DNA from: Dehalococcoidia bacterium
Lineage (GTDB): Bacteria > Chloroflexota > Dehalococcoidia > GIF9 > AB-539-J10
Reading direction: 5' to 3'
Length of the DNA stretch: 49,804 bases
Assembly (NCBI GenBank): GCA_014859205.1
Contig: JACUUR010000003.1
Span: 1-49,804, forward strand
Shown here one piece after another: positions 16,820 through 27,977 of this stretch. Under the pieces are notes generated by a model that was not told the origin of the DNA, made no database searches, and saw only the letters and a program-made list of their open reading frames with translations. Made by a program: the position numbers and the translations under genes. Numbering within the stretch: the stretch's first letter is position 1; each line of letters opens with the position of its first letter.

Positions 16820-18265
16820 CTACCGTATATCCGTGTCCTCAAACTCCACAGCCTTGAGCCTGCCTTCTCTTGTAAGCCCCCGTCTCAAGGCGTCGTACAC
16901 CGAGCCAACCTCGATTAGCCGGATGCCCTCTGAGCCGATCGACCGTTTGACCTCACTGGAGACACCCGGCGGCAGTACAGGTGTCAGACAGCACCTGAAC
17001 CCCAGTCTGGTCGCCTCAGAAATCCTTCTCTCCAGCTGCGATACCCCTCTGAGCTCTCCATTGAGTCCTATCTCACCGAGAGCGACCAGGCCGGTGAGTG
17101 GTCTCGCATCCCTAAGGCTGGAGGCAATGGCACAGGCGATGCCCAGGTCAACCGCCGGCTCGTTCACCCTGAGACCACCCGTAACGTTAACTATCACATC
17201 CTGGTTGAAGAGCTTCAGCCCTGCCCGCTTGGTCAGCACAGCGATTATGAGCAGCAGTCTGTTCAGATCAACGCCATTGGCAACACGCCTGGGCGGGCCG
17301 AAGCTGTTGGTAGTAGTCAGAGACTGGATCTCCGCCAGCAGTGGGCGGTTCCCCTGAAGAGTGGGGACCACCACCGAGCCAATAGCTGCATCCTTATGTG
17401 TGGACAAAAAGACCTGAGACGGATTGGCCACCTCAATGAGGCCCCTGTCGCTCATCTCGAATATCCCCACCTCGTTGGTGGAACCGAAACGGTTCTTGGC
17501 GCTGCGGAGCACCCTGTAACTACTCGATGACTCACCCTCGAAGTAGAATACCGCATCAACAATGTGCTCCAGGGTGCCCGGCCCTGCGATGGCGCCCTCT
17601 TTGGTTACGTGGCCTGTTATCAGCAGCGGAACATTGCCCTGCTTGGCCCACCTCTGTAATCTCCAGGTGCACTCACGGACCTGAGAAATGCTGCCAGGCA
17701 TGCCTGCCACATCCTCCAGATACATGGTCTGAATTGAATCGATGATCGCGAGCCCAGGAGAAAGCTTCTCGAGTGATTCCAGAACGCCAGCCAGGTTGGG
17801 TTCAGAGAGGAAGTATATCCCCTTACCCTCTATGCCGAGACGTTCGCTTCTGAGCTTGACCTGGCTGATGGACTCCTCACCGGAAACATAGGCCACGGCT
17901 CTGCCCGCTTCAGCGACCGTGGCTGAGATCTGGAGCAGCAGCGTCGACTTTCCTATTCCCGGCTCGCCCCCCACAAGAACCAGTGAGCCCGGCACCAAGC
18001 CACCTCCCAGTACTCGATTGACTTCAGAGAAGCCGAGCTCAAAGCGAGGGAACTCAATTGCTGGTGCCTGCGAGAGTTCCTGAGGGGTGCTTAGTGTGCG
18101 GGACAGATCTGCACGAGTTCGGGCCGGTGAGACCCTGGTCTCAACAAAGCTATTCCATGACTGGCAATCAGGGCAATGACCCAGCCATTTGGGGCTCTCC
18201 TTGCCGCACTGCTGACAGATGAAGACGTTCTTCGGGCTGGATCTGCCTGGACTGTTAGGTCTCAA
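16820..18265 (-). CDS. radA: DNA repair protein RadA/Sms
   Basis: CQQC...CPDC zinc finger, GEPGIGKST, KNRFG, Lon-like C-terminus. Confidence 0.97.
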   Translation of the reverse strand: MRPNSPGRSSPKNVFICQQCGKESPKWLGHCPDCQSWNSFVETRVSPARTRADLSRTLSTPQELSQAPAIEFPRFELGFSEVNRVLGGGLVPGSLVLVGGEPGIGKSTLLLQISATVAEAGRAVAYVSGEESISQVKLRSERLGIEGKGIYFLSEPNLAGVLESLEKLSPGLAIIDSIQTMYLEDVAGMPGSISQVRECTWRLQRWAKQGNVPLLITGHVTKEGAIAGPGTLEHIVDAVFYFEGESSSSYRVLRSAKNRFGSTNEVGIFEMSDRGLIEVANPSQVFLSTHKDAAIGSVVVPTLQGNRPLLAEIQSLTTTNSFGPPRRVANGVDLNRLLLIIAVLTKRAGLKLFNQDVIVNVTGGLRVNEPAVDLGIACAIASSLRDARPLTGLVALGEIGLNGELRGVSQLERRISEATRLGFRCCLTPVLPPGVSSEVKRSIGSEGIRLIEVGSVYDALRRGLTREGRLKAVEFEDTDIR

Positions 18266-18283
18266 ATGTACCGACGGGGATAC

Positions 18284-18505
18284 CTAGTACTCGATAACTG
18301 CTAGCTTCTCCCCGGTCCTGACTGTCTGCCCCGCGGAAATCGCTACCTCCACAACTGAGGCCTCTACCGGAGACAGTATGGGGTTCTCCATCTTCATGGC
18401 CTCTATGATGCAGATCACGCCACCTTCGACAACCCTATTGCCGGCAGATACCTCAACACGGACTATTCTGCCGGGCAGCGGGGCCTCGATCACTTCCTCA
18501 GTCAT
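18284..18505 (-). CDS. stand-alone biotin carboxyl carrier (biotinyl domain) protein
   Basis: IEAPLPG...IIEAMKMENPI biotinylation motif; ATGA overlap with the clpC stop. Confidence 0.9.
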   Translation of the reverse strand: MTEEVIEAPLPGRIVRVEVSAGNRVVEGGVICIIEAMKMENPILSPVEASVVEVAISAGQTVRTGEKLAVIEY

Positions 18506-20967
18506 GCTTGAGCGGCTTCCTTGACGAGTGGTCTCATTACGATGCTGTCCTCAACCCGATCCGCAACCACTGTGTCGCCGGGCAAGAACTCACCACGCAA
18601 CAAGGCCTCCGAGAGTTGATCCTCGATCATTGTCTGGATGGTGCGGCGCAACGGGCGGGCTCCGAAGACGGGGTCGTAACCCTTGTCGGCTATGAAGTCC
18701 TTAGCTTCGGGAGTTACCTCCAGAGTGACATTCTTCTCTTCCAGCGAAGCCACAACCTGGTTCAGCATCAGGTCAACGATCTGGCAGATGTGCTCTTTGC
18801 TTAGAGCGTGAAACACGACCGTGGCGTCTATCCGGTTGAGGAACTCGGGCCGGAAGAGCCTCTTCATCTCCCCGAGCACCTTTTCCTTCATCTTCTCATA
18901 TTCAACGTGCTGTTTCCCGTCGCCCTCAAGATGAGCGGCGAAACCGAGGCTCATATCTCGCTTGATAAGCTCCGCACCGACATTGCTGGTCATAACTATG
19001 ATGCTATTGCGAAAATCAACCCTGCGCCCCTTGGCATCAGTGAGATGACCGTCATCGAAAATCTGGAGCAGTATGTTGAACACGTCGGGATGAGCCTTCT
19101 CGATCTCGTCCAGAAGGATGGCGGAGTAGGACTTTCGTCTTACCGTCTCCGTCAACTGGCCGCCTTCCTCGTATCCGATATAACCGGGCGGCGCTCCAAT
19201 CAAGCGGGCTACGGTATGCCGTTCCATGAACTCGGACATATCGAGCCTGACCAGTGCGTCCTCCCCACCAAACATGAACTCGGACAATGCCCGCACCAAC
19301 TCAGTCTTGCCCACCCCGGTGGGGCCGAGGAAGATGAACACGCCAATGGGCCGTCTGGGGTCCTTGAGCCCGGCCCGGGCCCTCCTCACCGCTTTGGCCA
19401 CGGTGTCTATAGCCTCATCCTGGCCGATTATCCGCCGGTGCAGGCACTCCTCCATCTGCAGTAGACGGCTGGTCTCGTCTGCGGTCAACCTGACCACCGG
19501 TATGCCCGTCCACATGCTAACCACCTCAGCAATATCCTCCGAGGTGACCGAGGGCCGCCCCTGCTCCTGCCGGACCTGCCATTCTTTCTCCATGACCTCG
19601 ATCTTCTCAGTTAGCTGAAGCTCGCGGTCGCGCAGTTCGCCCGAATACTCGTACTGCTGGCCGGCCATTGCCGATTCTTTCTCCTTGCGCACGCTTTCCA
19701 GGGCGCGCCTTGCCTCAGCGAGGCCAATGGGCGCGCTACCCCGCTTGATGCGCACCCGGGAGCTAGCTTCATCGATCAGATCGATGGCCTTATCAGGCAA
19801 AAAGCGATCGGCTATATATCTGGTCGCCAGTGGAGCTGCTGTCTGCAGAGCCTCATCACTTATGTCCAGTTGATGGAACTCTTCATACCTGTGTTTGATG
19901 CCGCGCAATATATCCAGGGTCTCTTCAACGGAAGGTTCGGCCACCAGAACAGGTTGGAACCGGCGTTCCAGGGCCGGGTCTCTCTCAACGTACTTCCGGT
20001 AGTCATCCAGAGTAGTGGCACCGATGCACTGTATCTCGCCGCGCGACAAGGAGGGCTTGAGAAGGTTCGAGGCATCCACCGCACCTTCGGCCGCTCCGGC
20101 GCCGACAATAGTCTGCATTTCATCGATGAACAGGATGCAATTGCCTGCGGCCTTCTCTTCGTCGATGACCCGCTTCAGCCTTTCTTCGAATTCACCGCGG
20201 TATTTCGTTCCAGCCACCAGGGCGCCTATATCCAACGCCACTATTCTCTTGCCCTGCAGCACCTCGGGAACCTCTCCGGCCACTATGCGCTGGGCTAATC
20301 CTTCGATTATGGCCGTCTTACCCACGCCCGCCTCACCTATAAGCGCCGGATTGTTCTTGGTGCGACGACTTAGTATCTGGATTATCCGCTCTATCTCCTT
20401 GTGCCGCCCGACAATCGGATCAAGCTTATCCGCCCGCGCCAGTGCAGTTAAGTCAGTACCCAGTTGGTCCAGGGTCGGCGTACGTGAGGTGGCCCGGCCC
20501 GTGGTCCGAGACCGCACGGACTCCTGTCTGGCAACCCTGCTAACCTCATCACGCGCTCGCTCCAAGGTAATGCCGAAGCTCTCAAGAACACTGGAAGCCA
20601 CCCCTTCGCTCTCCCGCAGCAAGCCCAGCAGCAGGTGCTCCACGCCTATGTAGCTAGAGCTAAGACGTCGTGCCTCATCCACGGCGAACTCAATGGCTCT
20701 CTTGGCCCGGGGAGCAAGGTCGACGTCTCCACTGGTAGCCCTACGTTCTCCCTTCCCTATGACAAACTCAACCGCCGCCTGGATCTTACTCGTCGAAATG
20801 CCGAGATTGCTGAGGACTTTGGCCGCGACTCCGGACTCCTCACCGGCTATCCCCAGCAGCATGTGCTCGGTGTCGATGTAACTGTGACCCAAGCGCTGCG
20901 CCTCTCCCTGGGCCCGGGTCAGCACCCTGCGGGCACCCTCAGAAAACCTCTCAAATCCCGTGCTCAT
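18502..20967 (-). CDS. clpC: ATP-dependent Clp protease ATP-binding subunit ClpC
   Basis: Clp N repeats, GEAGVGKT and GPTGVGKT Walker A motifs, UVR-like middle domain. Confidence 0.96.
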   Translation of the reverse strand: MSTGFERFSEGARRVLTRAQGEAQRLGHSYIDTEHMLLGIAGEESGVAAKVLSNLGISTSKIQAAVEFVIGKGERRATSGDVDLAPRAKRAIEFAVDEARRLSSSYIGVEHLLLGLLRESEGVASSVLESFGITLERARDEVSRVARQESVRSRTTGRATSRTPTLDQLGTDLTALARADKLDPIVGRHKEIERIIQILSRRTKNNPALIGEAGVGKTAIIEGLAQRIVAGEVPEVLQGKRIVALDIGALVAGTKYRGEFEERLKRVIDEEKAAGNCILFIDEMQTIVGAGAAEGAVDASNLLKPSLSRGEIQCIGATTLDDYRKYVERDPALERRFQPVLVAEPSVEETLDILRGIKHRYEEFHQLDISDEALQTAAPLATRYIADRFLPDKAIDLIDEASSRVRIKRGSAPIGLAEARRALESVRKEKESAMAGQQYEYSGELRDRELQLTEKIEVMEKEWQVRQEQGRPSVTSEDIAEVVSMWTGIPVVRLTADETSRLLQMEECLHRRIIGQDEAIDTVAKAVRRARAGLKDPRRPIGVFIFLGPTGVGKTELVRALSEFMFGGEDALVRLDMSEFMERHTVARLIGAPPGYIGYEEGGQLTETVRRKSYSAILLDEIEKAHPDVFNILLQIFDDGHLTDAKGRRVDFRNSIIVMTSNVGAELIKRDMSLGFAAHLEGDGKQHVEYEKMKEKVLGEMKRLFRPEFLNRIDATVVFHALSKEHICQIVDLMLNQVVASLEEKNVTLEVTPEAKDFIADKGYDPVFGARPLRRTIQTMIEDQLSEALLRGEFLPGDTVVADRVEDSIVMRPLVKEAAQA

Positions 20968-21102
20968 GTCTATGCTACCAGCAATACTGACCTAGAGTAT
21001 AGAACATACCCCACTTCCAGTCAACAGCCGACCCGCTTGAACAATGCGACAAAATGGTAATATACTTATGATACCACAGAAACAGGGCAAAGGTTAACGG
21101 AT

Positions 21103-21651
21103 ATGCGGGTCACCGGAGGCAAAGCAAGGGGAGCTCGGTTGAGAACCCTCCCCAGGCGCTCCCTCAGACCCACGACGAGCGTGGCAAAGCGCGCCATATT
21201 CTCGCTGTTAGAGAACAGCGCCGCGGGTTGGAGCAGGGTCCTCGATCTGTACGCCGGCAGCGGCGCCCTGGGGATCGAAGCCCTGAGCCGCGGTGCGGAA
21301 TGGGTCGACTTCGTCGACCAGAGAAAGAGTTGCTGCGACATCATCCGGGCCAACCTCAGAAACACGGGTGAGTTCCAGCGAGCGCATGTCTACTGCTGTA
21401 GTGTGACGAAGGCGCTGTCCTTCCTCGACAGCAGCTATGATATCATTTTCGTGGACCCGCCTTATTCTGACCTGTCTCTAGACGACCTGTTGAGCAATAT
21501 AGCCAAGTCCGGGTTGCCCGGCGCAAACTCTGCGGTTGTAGTTTGCCACGCACACCGGACAACACTGAAGCCCGTGTATGATGGTCTTCATCTGGTGAAG
21601 GAGCGCCGCTACGGCGACACCTGCATCTCTATCTACCACAAGGAGGTTTAA
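21103..21651 (+). CDS. rsmD: 16S rRNA (guanine(966)-N2)-methyltransferase
   Basis: MRVTGG, LRPTT, LDLYAGSGALGIEALSRGA, FVDPPY. Confidence 0.94.
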   Translation: MRVTGGKARGARLRTLPRRSLRPTTSVAKRAIFSLLENSAAGWSRVLDLYAGSGALGIEALSRGAEWVDFVDQRKSCCDIIRANLRNTGEFQRAHVYCCSVTKALSFLDSSYDIIFVDPPYSDLSLDDLLSNIAKSGLPGANSAVVVCHAHRTTLKPVYDGLHLVKERRYGDTCISIYHKEV

Positions 21652-21653
21652 TT

Positions 21654-22166
21654 ATGGTCATAGCAGTTTACCCGGGCACCTTTGATCCGCCGACCTTCGG
21701 ACACATGGACATAATAGTGAGGGCAGCGAGCCTCGTCGATGAACTGACTGTGGGCATCTATGAGAACCCGGGCAAGCAGCCGCTGTTCAGTCTGGAGGAG
21801 AGGGTCAGTCTGGTGCAAGAGGCGATAGCCGGCTTGTCCAACGTTCAGGTGAGGGCCTTTAAGGGGTTGACCGTGGACTTCATACATGAGATGGGCGGCA
21901 GGGTCATGATACGAGGCTTGAGAGCAAATTCCGACTTCGAGCGTGAGTTCGAAATGGCGCTGATGAACAGAAAGCTAGCCCCCGATATCGAGTTGCTCTG
22001 CTTAATGACCAGTTCTCAGTACCAGTTTCTCAGTTCCACGCTGATCAAGGAGGTGGCTAAGTTGGGGGGCTGTCTCGAGGGCATGGTCCCCAACCACGTC
22101 GCCGCGGCCCTGAGAGACAAATTCCCGGTGCACGGCGAGCTTGCCATCGGCAAGGGCAAAATGTAA
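21654..22166 (+). CDS. coaD: pantetheine-phosphate adenylyltransferase
   Basis: AVYPGTFDPPTFGH, IRGLR, DFEREF, SSTLIKEVA. Confidence 0.97.
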   Translation: MVIAVYPGTFDPPTFGHMDIIVRAASLVDELTVGIYENPGKQPLFSLEERVSLVQEAIAGLSNVQVRAFKGLTVDFIHEMGGRVMIRGLRANSDFEREFEMALMNRKLAPDIELLCLMTSSQYQFLSSTLIKEVAKLGGCLEGMVPNHVAAALRDKFPVHGELAIGKGKM

Positions 22167-22201
22167 AATTGGCATCTAAACGCTAAGGAGGTAACGCAAA
22201 C

Positions 22202-22468
22202 ATGGCGTACAAGATCACTGACGAGTGCATTAGCTGTGGAGCCTGTGAGCCGGAATGCAAGAATGAGGCAATAACGGAGGGGGAGGAGATCTACATTATT
22301 GACCCGGCTAAATGCACTGAGTGTGTTGGGTGGTTCGAAACACAGAAGTGTGCTGAGGTCTGCCCGGTGGACTGCTGCGTGCCTGACCCTGATCATAAGG
22401 AAACCCGTGAGCAGGCCCTGGAGAAATGGCGCAAGCTACATCCCGGCCAGACCCCAGCCACCAGCTAG
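22202..22468 (+). CDS. YfhL-type 2x[4Fe-4S] ferredoxin
   Basis: CISCGACEPEC and CTECVG...CAEVCPVDC motifs; AAGGAGG RBS. Confidence 0.93.
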   Translation: MAYKITDECISCGACEPECKNEAITEGEEIYIIDPAKCTECVGWFETQKCAEVCPVDCCVPDPDHKETREQALEKWRKLHPGQTPATS

Positions 22469-22608
22469 CACAAGCGTGGAGGTCTCGCTGGGGGTCGGCC
22501 GACCCTCGTAGTCTACCCTCCGCGACCCGTGTGCCAGGGCTGACTTGGCCGCCTATGGTAGTGGGTGCGTCTGCCCGCCGTCTTGGCCAGAGCGCTGGAC
22601 GAACACTG

Positions 22609-23601
22609 CTAGTGAAGAACCAACTGCTTGATGTAGGTGGGGAGATTCCTGGCGTGGGTCAGGAATGCCATCTCGCTGTAGGATCGTATAGAAACGTAAC
22701 AACTGCCACATCGGTTGGTTCGTGAGAACCCCTCTATCATCTGCTTCTGACTGGCAAACTTGTCCCGGTGCAGCGAGCATGGAACGAGGCTTCCGTCAGG
22801 CATCACCACAAGGAACCTTACGCCTGCCCTGCAGTTAGGCATGTATCCCTGTTCGAAGAACCTCAAAGTGTCACGGAGAGTCCGCTCCGGGTTGGCCAGG
22901 TTAATGCCCTGCTTCTTCAACATCCTGAGTTCGTCAACGGCCTGTCGTAGAGTTGATAAGTCCTCTCCGCCGTTGAGGCAGTAGTCGCCATTCCCGGTTC
23001 GCAAGGGAGTGTAGGCACTGTAGGATATGTCAACACCCCACTCCGATGCCCTTCTTGCCAGGGGCAATATCTCTGCCAGATTGGCCTTGGTGATAGCCGT
23101 GTTCAGGATGATATCCCGAAATCCAAGCTTGGCCAGTCCGGGCAGCCTTTCCTCCAATCGCTTATACAGCCCTGGGTGTCGTCGAAACTCGTCATGCCGT
23201 TCGTCAGGAAAGTCAAGCGATACAGAGAACTGAGTCACTCCAGCCTGGCGCAAACGCAGATAAATCCTTTCATCAAGCAGCACTCCATTCGTGACCAGGA
23301 TGATGTATACCGTTCCCGCCTTTCTGATAGCCCTGACAATGTCCACTATGTCCTTACGCAGAAGTGGCTCGCCACCCGAGACCTGCGCCGCCAGAGGTCT
23401 CAAGTCACGCGTGATCTGCCCGTATTGCTCCGGCGTGACCTGCTCCTCGTCCTTCACCGGACCTCCCAGATCACAGTGATGACAGTTGCAGTTACAGGAG
23501 AGCGTGACCTCATAAGAAGCCACTATAGGGCGATCAGTCATATAGTTGTGTATTCCGTTCTTGATAAGCCTGACCGCCTGAATTGTGGAGATATGTGCCA
23601 T
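22609..23601 (-). CDS. radical SAM protein with short C-terminal Cys-containing (Twitch/SPASM-like) region
   Basis: CNCNCHHC motif, SGGEP, VTNG, SVSLD; C-terminal CRAG...PC...CGSC. Confidence 0.9.
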   Translation of the reverse strand: MAHISTIQAVRLIKNGIHNYMTDRPIVASYEVTLSCNCNCHHCDLGGPVKDEEQVTPEQYGQITRDLRPLAAQVSGGEPLLRKDIVDIVRAIRKAGTVYIILVTNGVLLDERIYLRLRQAGVTQFSVSLDFPDERHDEFRRHPGLYKRLEERLPGLAKLGFRDIILNTAITKANLAEILPLARRASEWGVDISYSAYTPLRTGNGDYCLNGGEDLSTLRQAVDELRMLKKQGINLANPERTLRDTLRFFEQGYMPNCRAGVRFLVVMPDGSLVPCSLHRDKFASQKQMIEGFSRTNRCGSCYVSIRSYSEMAFLTHARNLPTYIKQLVLH

Positions 23602-23615
23602 TCTACACCGATAAT

Positions 23616-24581
23616 CTAATCTGGCTGCTTGAAGCCGACAACCACACAGTGGTTAACCCCCGACGGGTATGCCAACATCATCTTGTCCATACCCCTACCC
23701 AGGGGCGAGCCGGAGTTGAGTAAGGGCTTCGACCGTTCATAGATGTTGAGGTACTTCAGCAGCATCGTGAGCAATATGGACACGCTCACAAACCCTTTGT
23801 AGGACGCGGGCTCAACATCCCTGAATCCGGCATTCCGCAGGATGCCGGCAAGAGTTCTGGTACTGAACTGGTTTACGTGAAGCCTCTTTATGTCCCACCA
23901 TCTCCTCCCCAGGATCCTGGCCGGGACTGCTTCTATGTCTGGCGTTGACACTACCACCATGCCGCCGGGCCTGAGTATGCCGTTAACTCTCTCCAGAACC
24001 GCGAGCGGATGCGACAGATGTTCGAGAGTCTGCCACAGTGTAACTACGTCGAAACGGTCCTCCGGAAACTCCAGTGCCTCGAAGGGCTTCACCTCTACGT
24101 CCAGGGCGAATTCCTCTCTGGCATACGCTGCCGCGTCGTGTGACAGTTCCACTCCCTTCACCGTATAACCGGCCGTTGAGGCCATGAACAGGAAGAACCC
24201 CTGGGCGCAACCTATGTCCAGAAGGCGTTCACCCTGGACGTACCTCTGAATCAGACGCACCTGGGATTCAGCCGTCTTGAGATAGCTGTTCTTGACGGTG
24301 GATGCGTGGTTGTTCCCGGCATTCGCGTAGTACTCATTCGTCCTGCAGACTTGCTCTATAGGATTCATGTAGACGAGGCCGCAGTTGTTACACCTGACGT
24401 GCCTGCCCCATTCCTTGCCGGGCACCAGATACCCTTCTTCAAACTCATCTGGATCATGCTTGTCCATACGGTAGTCATACAGCCCGTTGAGACCGCAGGG
24501 CTTCAAGTTGGACTCGAAGAGCACTCCGAAGTCATCCCGACCACAGCCGGGGCAATTGCGGTATTCAAAGAACGAATCCAT
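23616..24581 (-). CDS. class I SAM-dependent methyltransferase with N-terminal zinc-finger-like CxxC pairs
   Basis: CPGC...CNNCGLVY, LLDIGCAQG, FDVVTLWQTLEH, LRPGG; start at ATG 24581 after the proC stop. Confidence 0.88.
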   Translation of the reverse strand: MDSFFEYRNCPGCGRDDFGVLFESNLKPCGLNGLYDYRMDKHDPDEFEEGYLVPGKEWGRHVRCNNCGLVYMNPIEQVCRTNEYYANAGNNHASTVKNSYLKTAESQVRLIQRYVQGERLLDIGCAQGFFLFMASTAGYTVKGVELSHDAAAYAREEFALDVEVKPFEALEFPEDRFDVVTLWQTLEHLSHPLAVLERVNGILRPGGMVVVSTPDIEAVPARILGRRWWDIKRLHVNQFSTRTLAGILRNAGFRDVEPASYKGFVSVSILLTMLLKYLNIYERSKPLLNSGSPLGRGMDKMMLAYPSGVNHCVVVGFKQPD

Positions 24582-24594
24582 GTCTACGTGATCC

Positions 24595-25386
24595 TCAAAG
24601 GCGCTGAGCCTTGCTATGGGCAGCTGCCACCGCCTCATAGAGGAGAGCACGGAATGCACCTTTCTCCAACTGGAATAGGGCCTCGGTGGTAGTTCCACCC
24701 GGGGATGTAACCATATTCTTCAGGACAGCGGGGTGTTTGCCCATCATCTCAACTGAAGAGGTGGACCCCAGTATGGTCTGCGTCACCACTTGCTGAGACA
24801 AGTCTCGGGGCAGACCGACGTGTACACCGGCATCGATGAATGCCTCGATAAACAGAAAGACGTAAGCCGCACCGCTCCCACCCAGAGCGGTAGCCATATC
24901 AAGGTACTTCTCCTCGGTGACATAGATCTCCTTACCGACGGCACCCAGTACAGTCCGGGCTAACTCCTTCTGCCTCTCGTTGGTGTCGGCGGTTGCCGTC
25001 CAGACCGTGATCCCCTGGCCTATCTGCGCAGGCATATTGGGCGCAGCGCGAACAACCGAGAGGTGGTTGAAATCCTGGCATAACTTCGCCAGAGTACCAC
25101 CGGCCAATATTGACACCACCAGTTGTTCGGGCGAGGGAGCTTTAAGGTCCTGCACCACCCGGGCCAGATTCTGAGGCTTAACAGCCAGAACAATCAGGTC
25201 GGCACCTTTGGCAGCCTGCCTGTTATCATCCAGGGTCTCAATCCCGTATTCGTTAGTAAGCAGCTCGCGTCGCGTCTGACTGATATCGCTAACCACCATA
25301 TCCTGCGGGGTCGCCACCCCCTTGGCCAGAATGCCACGGATAATCGCCTCCCCCATGGCCCCACCGCCGATGAATGATATCCTCAT
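24595..25386 (-). CDS. proC: pyrroline-5-carboxylate reductase
   Basis: FIGGGAMG, LAVKPQ, GSGAAY, VTSPGGTT. Confidence 0.96.
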   Translation of the reverse strand: MRISFIGGGAMGEAIIRGILAKGVATPQDMVVSDISQTRRELLTNEYGIETLDDNRQAAKGADLIVLAVKPQNLARVVQDLKAPSPEQLVVSILAGGTLAKLCQDFNHLSVVRAAPNMPAQIGQGITVWTATADTNERQKELARTVLGAVGKEIYVTEEKYLDMATALGGSGAAYVFLFIEAFIDAGVHVGLPRDLSQQVVTQTILGSTSSVEMMGKHPAVLKNMVTSPGGTTTEALFQLEKGAFRALLYEAVAAAHSKAQRL

Positions 25387-25412
25387 TGTCTCCTCCTTGC
25401 TTCTCGCAGATT

Positions 25413-27875
25413 CTATGACGCCGACGGGGTCTGCGTCACTACAATATTGACTACGCGCTTAGGGACATAGATCACCTTGTCGATCCTCTTGCCGTCGATA
25501 TGGGCCTTCACGCGCTCGCTTCCTAGAGCCAGCTCCTTAGCCTCGTGTTCACTGATGGAAGCAGGTACAACCACCTTATCCCGCAGCTTGCCGTTAACCT
25601 GAATAGCCAGGGTGATCTCCTCGTCGCTGGCCAGTTCTTCGTCATGCTCAGGCCAGCGCTGGTTGTGAATGCTGTAGGGGTGTCCTGTTCTCGTCCACAA
25701 CTCCTCCGCAAGATGCGGGGCAGCGGGCGCCATCAGCAACAGAAAACTCGTGACGACGTCACTCCATAGAGAGTCGGCTACAATACCTCTTTCCTTGACC
25801 TTCGAGAGGTGGTTAGTGCACTCCATAAGACTGGCTAGCATGGTGTTAAAGCGGAAGTCCTCGAGATCCGCCGTAACCTTCTTGATCGTCTTGTGGAGCA
25901 GGTGAAGAAGCTCTTTCTCGGCTGCAGGGTCTACGCCACGGACGGCGTAATCCGTTGTAACCAGACTCCACACCCGATTCAGCCAGCGGCTGATGCCCAC
26001 AATGCCCCTGTCGCTCCACTCTCCTCCCAGTTCCCACGGGCCGATGAACATCAGATATCCTCGAACGGCATCAGCTCCCAACTCAGCCACGTATTTGTCG
26101 GGGGCAACTACGTTGCCTCTGGACTTGCTCATCTTATCGCTCTGGTAGATTATCGTTCCCTGGTTATAGAGGCGGGTAAACGGCTCATCAAATTCCAGCA
26201 GGCCCACGTCCCTCAGCGCCTTGGTGAAGAAACGAGCGTACAGGAGATGCATGACCGCATGCTCAGCACCACCGGTATAGGAGTCGACAGGCAGCCAGGA
26301 CTTCATCTTAGCCGTATCGAAAGGAGCATTCATAGTGTCCGGACTGGTATACCTCAAGAAATACCATGATGAGCACACAAAAGAGTCCATGGTGTCAGTT
26401 TCTCTTCGTGCTGACCCACCACAGACCGGACAGGCGGTGTTGACGAATGACTGGCAATGCTCGAGTGGAGATTCGCCCGTCGGTCTGAACTCGGCATCGT
26501 CAGGTAGCAGCACGGGCAAATCCTTCTCGGGCACAGCGACTATGCCACACCTATGGCAGTGCACCACCGGTATGGGAGTCCCCCAGTACCTCTGCCTGGA
26601 GATAAGCCAATCACGAAGGTGATAGGTAACCATCCGCTTGCCCAAGGCTTTGTCCTCCAGCAGGTCGCAGACAGCCTCGAACCCCTGCTCGCTGGACAAG
26701 CCGGTGAATTGCCCTGAGTTGACCATGGTCCCCGGTCCGGCATATGCCTCCAATGGCTCCTCGCCCGACCAATCAGCAGAAGCAATGACCACACGTACGG
26801 GCAGGTGGAACTTCCTAGCAAACTCAAGGTCTCGTTCATCATGGGCAGGCACGCCCATTATCGCTCCCGTCCCGTAGGTAGGCAGCACATAATCGGCTAT
26901 CCAGACGGGCACGCGTTCGCCGCTGAGGGGATTGACGGCGTAGCTTCCCAAGAACACCCCCGTCTTCTGCCTGCCCGATGCCACCCGTTCATACTCGCTC
27001 TGCCTCCGGCACCAGTCTACATATTCCTCTACCTCAGCTTTGTGTTCACTGGCAGTCAGGCTCTCAACCAAGGGATGCTCGGGTGCCAGCAGAAAGAAGG
27101 TCACCCCAAAGACGGTGTCGGGGCGCGTGGTGAACACCTTCATCTCCTGCTGCCCTCCGCCTTCGTGCTCGAGCCTGAAGGATATCTCAGCACCCTCGCT
27201 CCTTCCCACCCAGTTCTTCTGCATCGCCTTTATGCGTTCCGGCCACTCAACACCGCTATAGTTGAGGAGTTCCTCCGCGTACCTCGTAATCCTGAAGAAC
27301 CATTGCTCGAGCTCCTTCTTGGTCACCGGTGTGTCGCATCTCTCACAGAGTCCATCGCCCACCACCTGTTCATTGGCCAACACCGTCTGACATCGAGAGC
27401 ACCAGTTGACGGGCGCCTTCACTCTGTAGGCCAGACCTGCCTGATGGAGCTTGAGGAAGAACCACTGCGTCCACCTGTAGTATTCCGGCAGGCAGGTAAT
27501 CACCTCCCTGCTCCAGTCGTATACAGCGCCGATGCTCTTCAACTGCCGGCGCATGTTCTCTATGTTCCGCATCGTCCACACGCAGGGGTGGATGCCACGG
27601 CTGATTGCCGCGTTCTCAGCCGGCAACCCGAAGGCATCAAAGCCCATGGGGTGCAGCACATTGTAGCCCCGCATACGTTTGAATCTGGCATAGACATCAG
27701 AGGGGGCCATGGCATACCAGTGACCGATGTGAAGATCGCCCGACGTATAGGGGAACATGGTCAAGGCGTAGAACTTGGGGCGGCGATCGTCGTCCTTAGC
27801 CTCGTACAGACGATCAGCCGCCCATTGTTCCTGCCACTTTCGATCGATCTCGTGGGGAGTGTATTCCCGGGCCAT
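25413..27875 (-). CDS. leuS: leucine--tRNA ligase
   Basis: MFPYTSGDLHIGH (HIGH), KMSKS, FTTRPDT editing domain, ISRQRYWGTPIP. Confidence 0.98.
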   Translation of the reverse strand: MAREYTPHEIDRKWQEQWAADRLYEAKDDDRRPKFYALTMFPYTSGDLHIGHWYAMAPSDVYARFKRMRGYNVLHPMGFDAFGLPAENAAISRGIHPCVWTMRNIENMRRQLKSIGAVYDWSREVITCLPEYYRWTQWFFLKLHQAGLAYRVKAPVNWCSRCQTVLANEQVVGDGLCERCDTPVTKKELEQWFFRITRYAEELLNYSGVEWPERIKAMQKNWVGRSEGAEISFRLEHEGGGQQEMKVFTTRPDTVFGVTFFLLAPEHPLVESLTASEHKAEVEEYVDWCRRQSEYERVASGRQKTGVFLGSYAVNPLSGERVPVWIADYVLPTYGTGAIMGVPAHDERDLEFARKFHLPVRVVIASADWSGEEPLEAYAGPGTMVNSGQFTGLSSEQGFEAVCDLLEDKALGKRMVTYHLRDWLISRQRYWGTPIPVVHCHRCGIVAVPEKDLPVLLPDDAEFRPTGESPLEHCQSFVNTACPVCGGSARRETDTMDSFVCSSWYFLRYTSPDTMNAPFDTAKMKSWLPVDSYTGGAEHAVMHLLYARFFTKALRDVGLLEFDEPFTRLYNQGTIIYQSDKMSKSRGNVVAPDKYVAELGADAVRGYLMFIGPWELGGEWSDRGIVGISRWLNRVWSLVTTDYAVRGVDPAAEKELLHLLHKTIKKVTADLEDFRFNTMLASLMECTNHLSKVKERGIVADSLWSDVVTSFLLLMAPAAPHLAEELWTRTGHPYSIHNQRWPEHDEELASDEEITLAIQVNGKLRDKVVVPASISEHEAKELALGSERVKAHIDGKRIDKVIYVPKRVVNIVVTQTPSAS

Positions 27876-27977
27876 GGTAGCTAGAGTTTACCCCAATTGG
27901 AGACAGATTGAAAGTAGTTCCCCGATGCAGACACGGCAACTGGACAGAAAATCCCCCCAAAATCCAGTCCTCTCAGT

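Noticed and set aside
22492-22505. Perfect palindrome GGGTCGGCCGACCC between the convergent ferredoxin and radical SAM genes
   Set aside because: Single copy with no U-tract on either strand; function cannot be supported.
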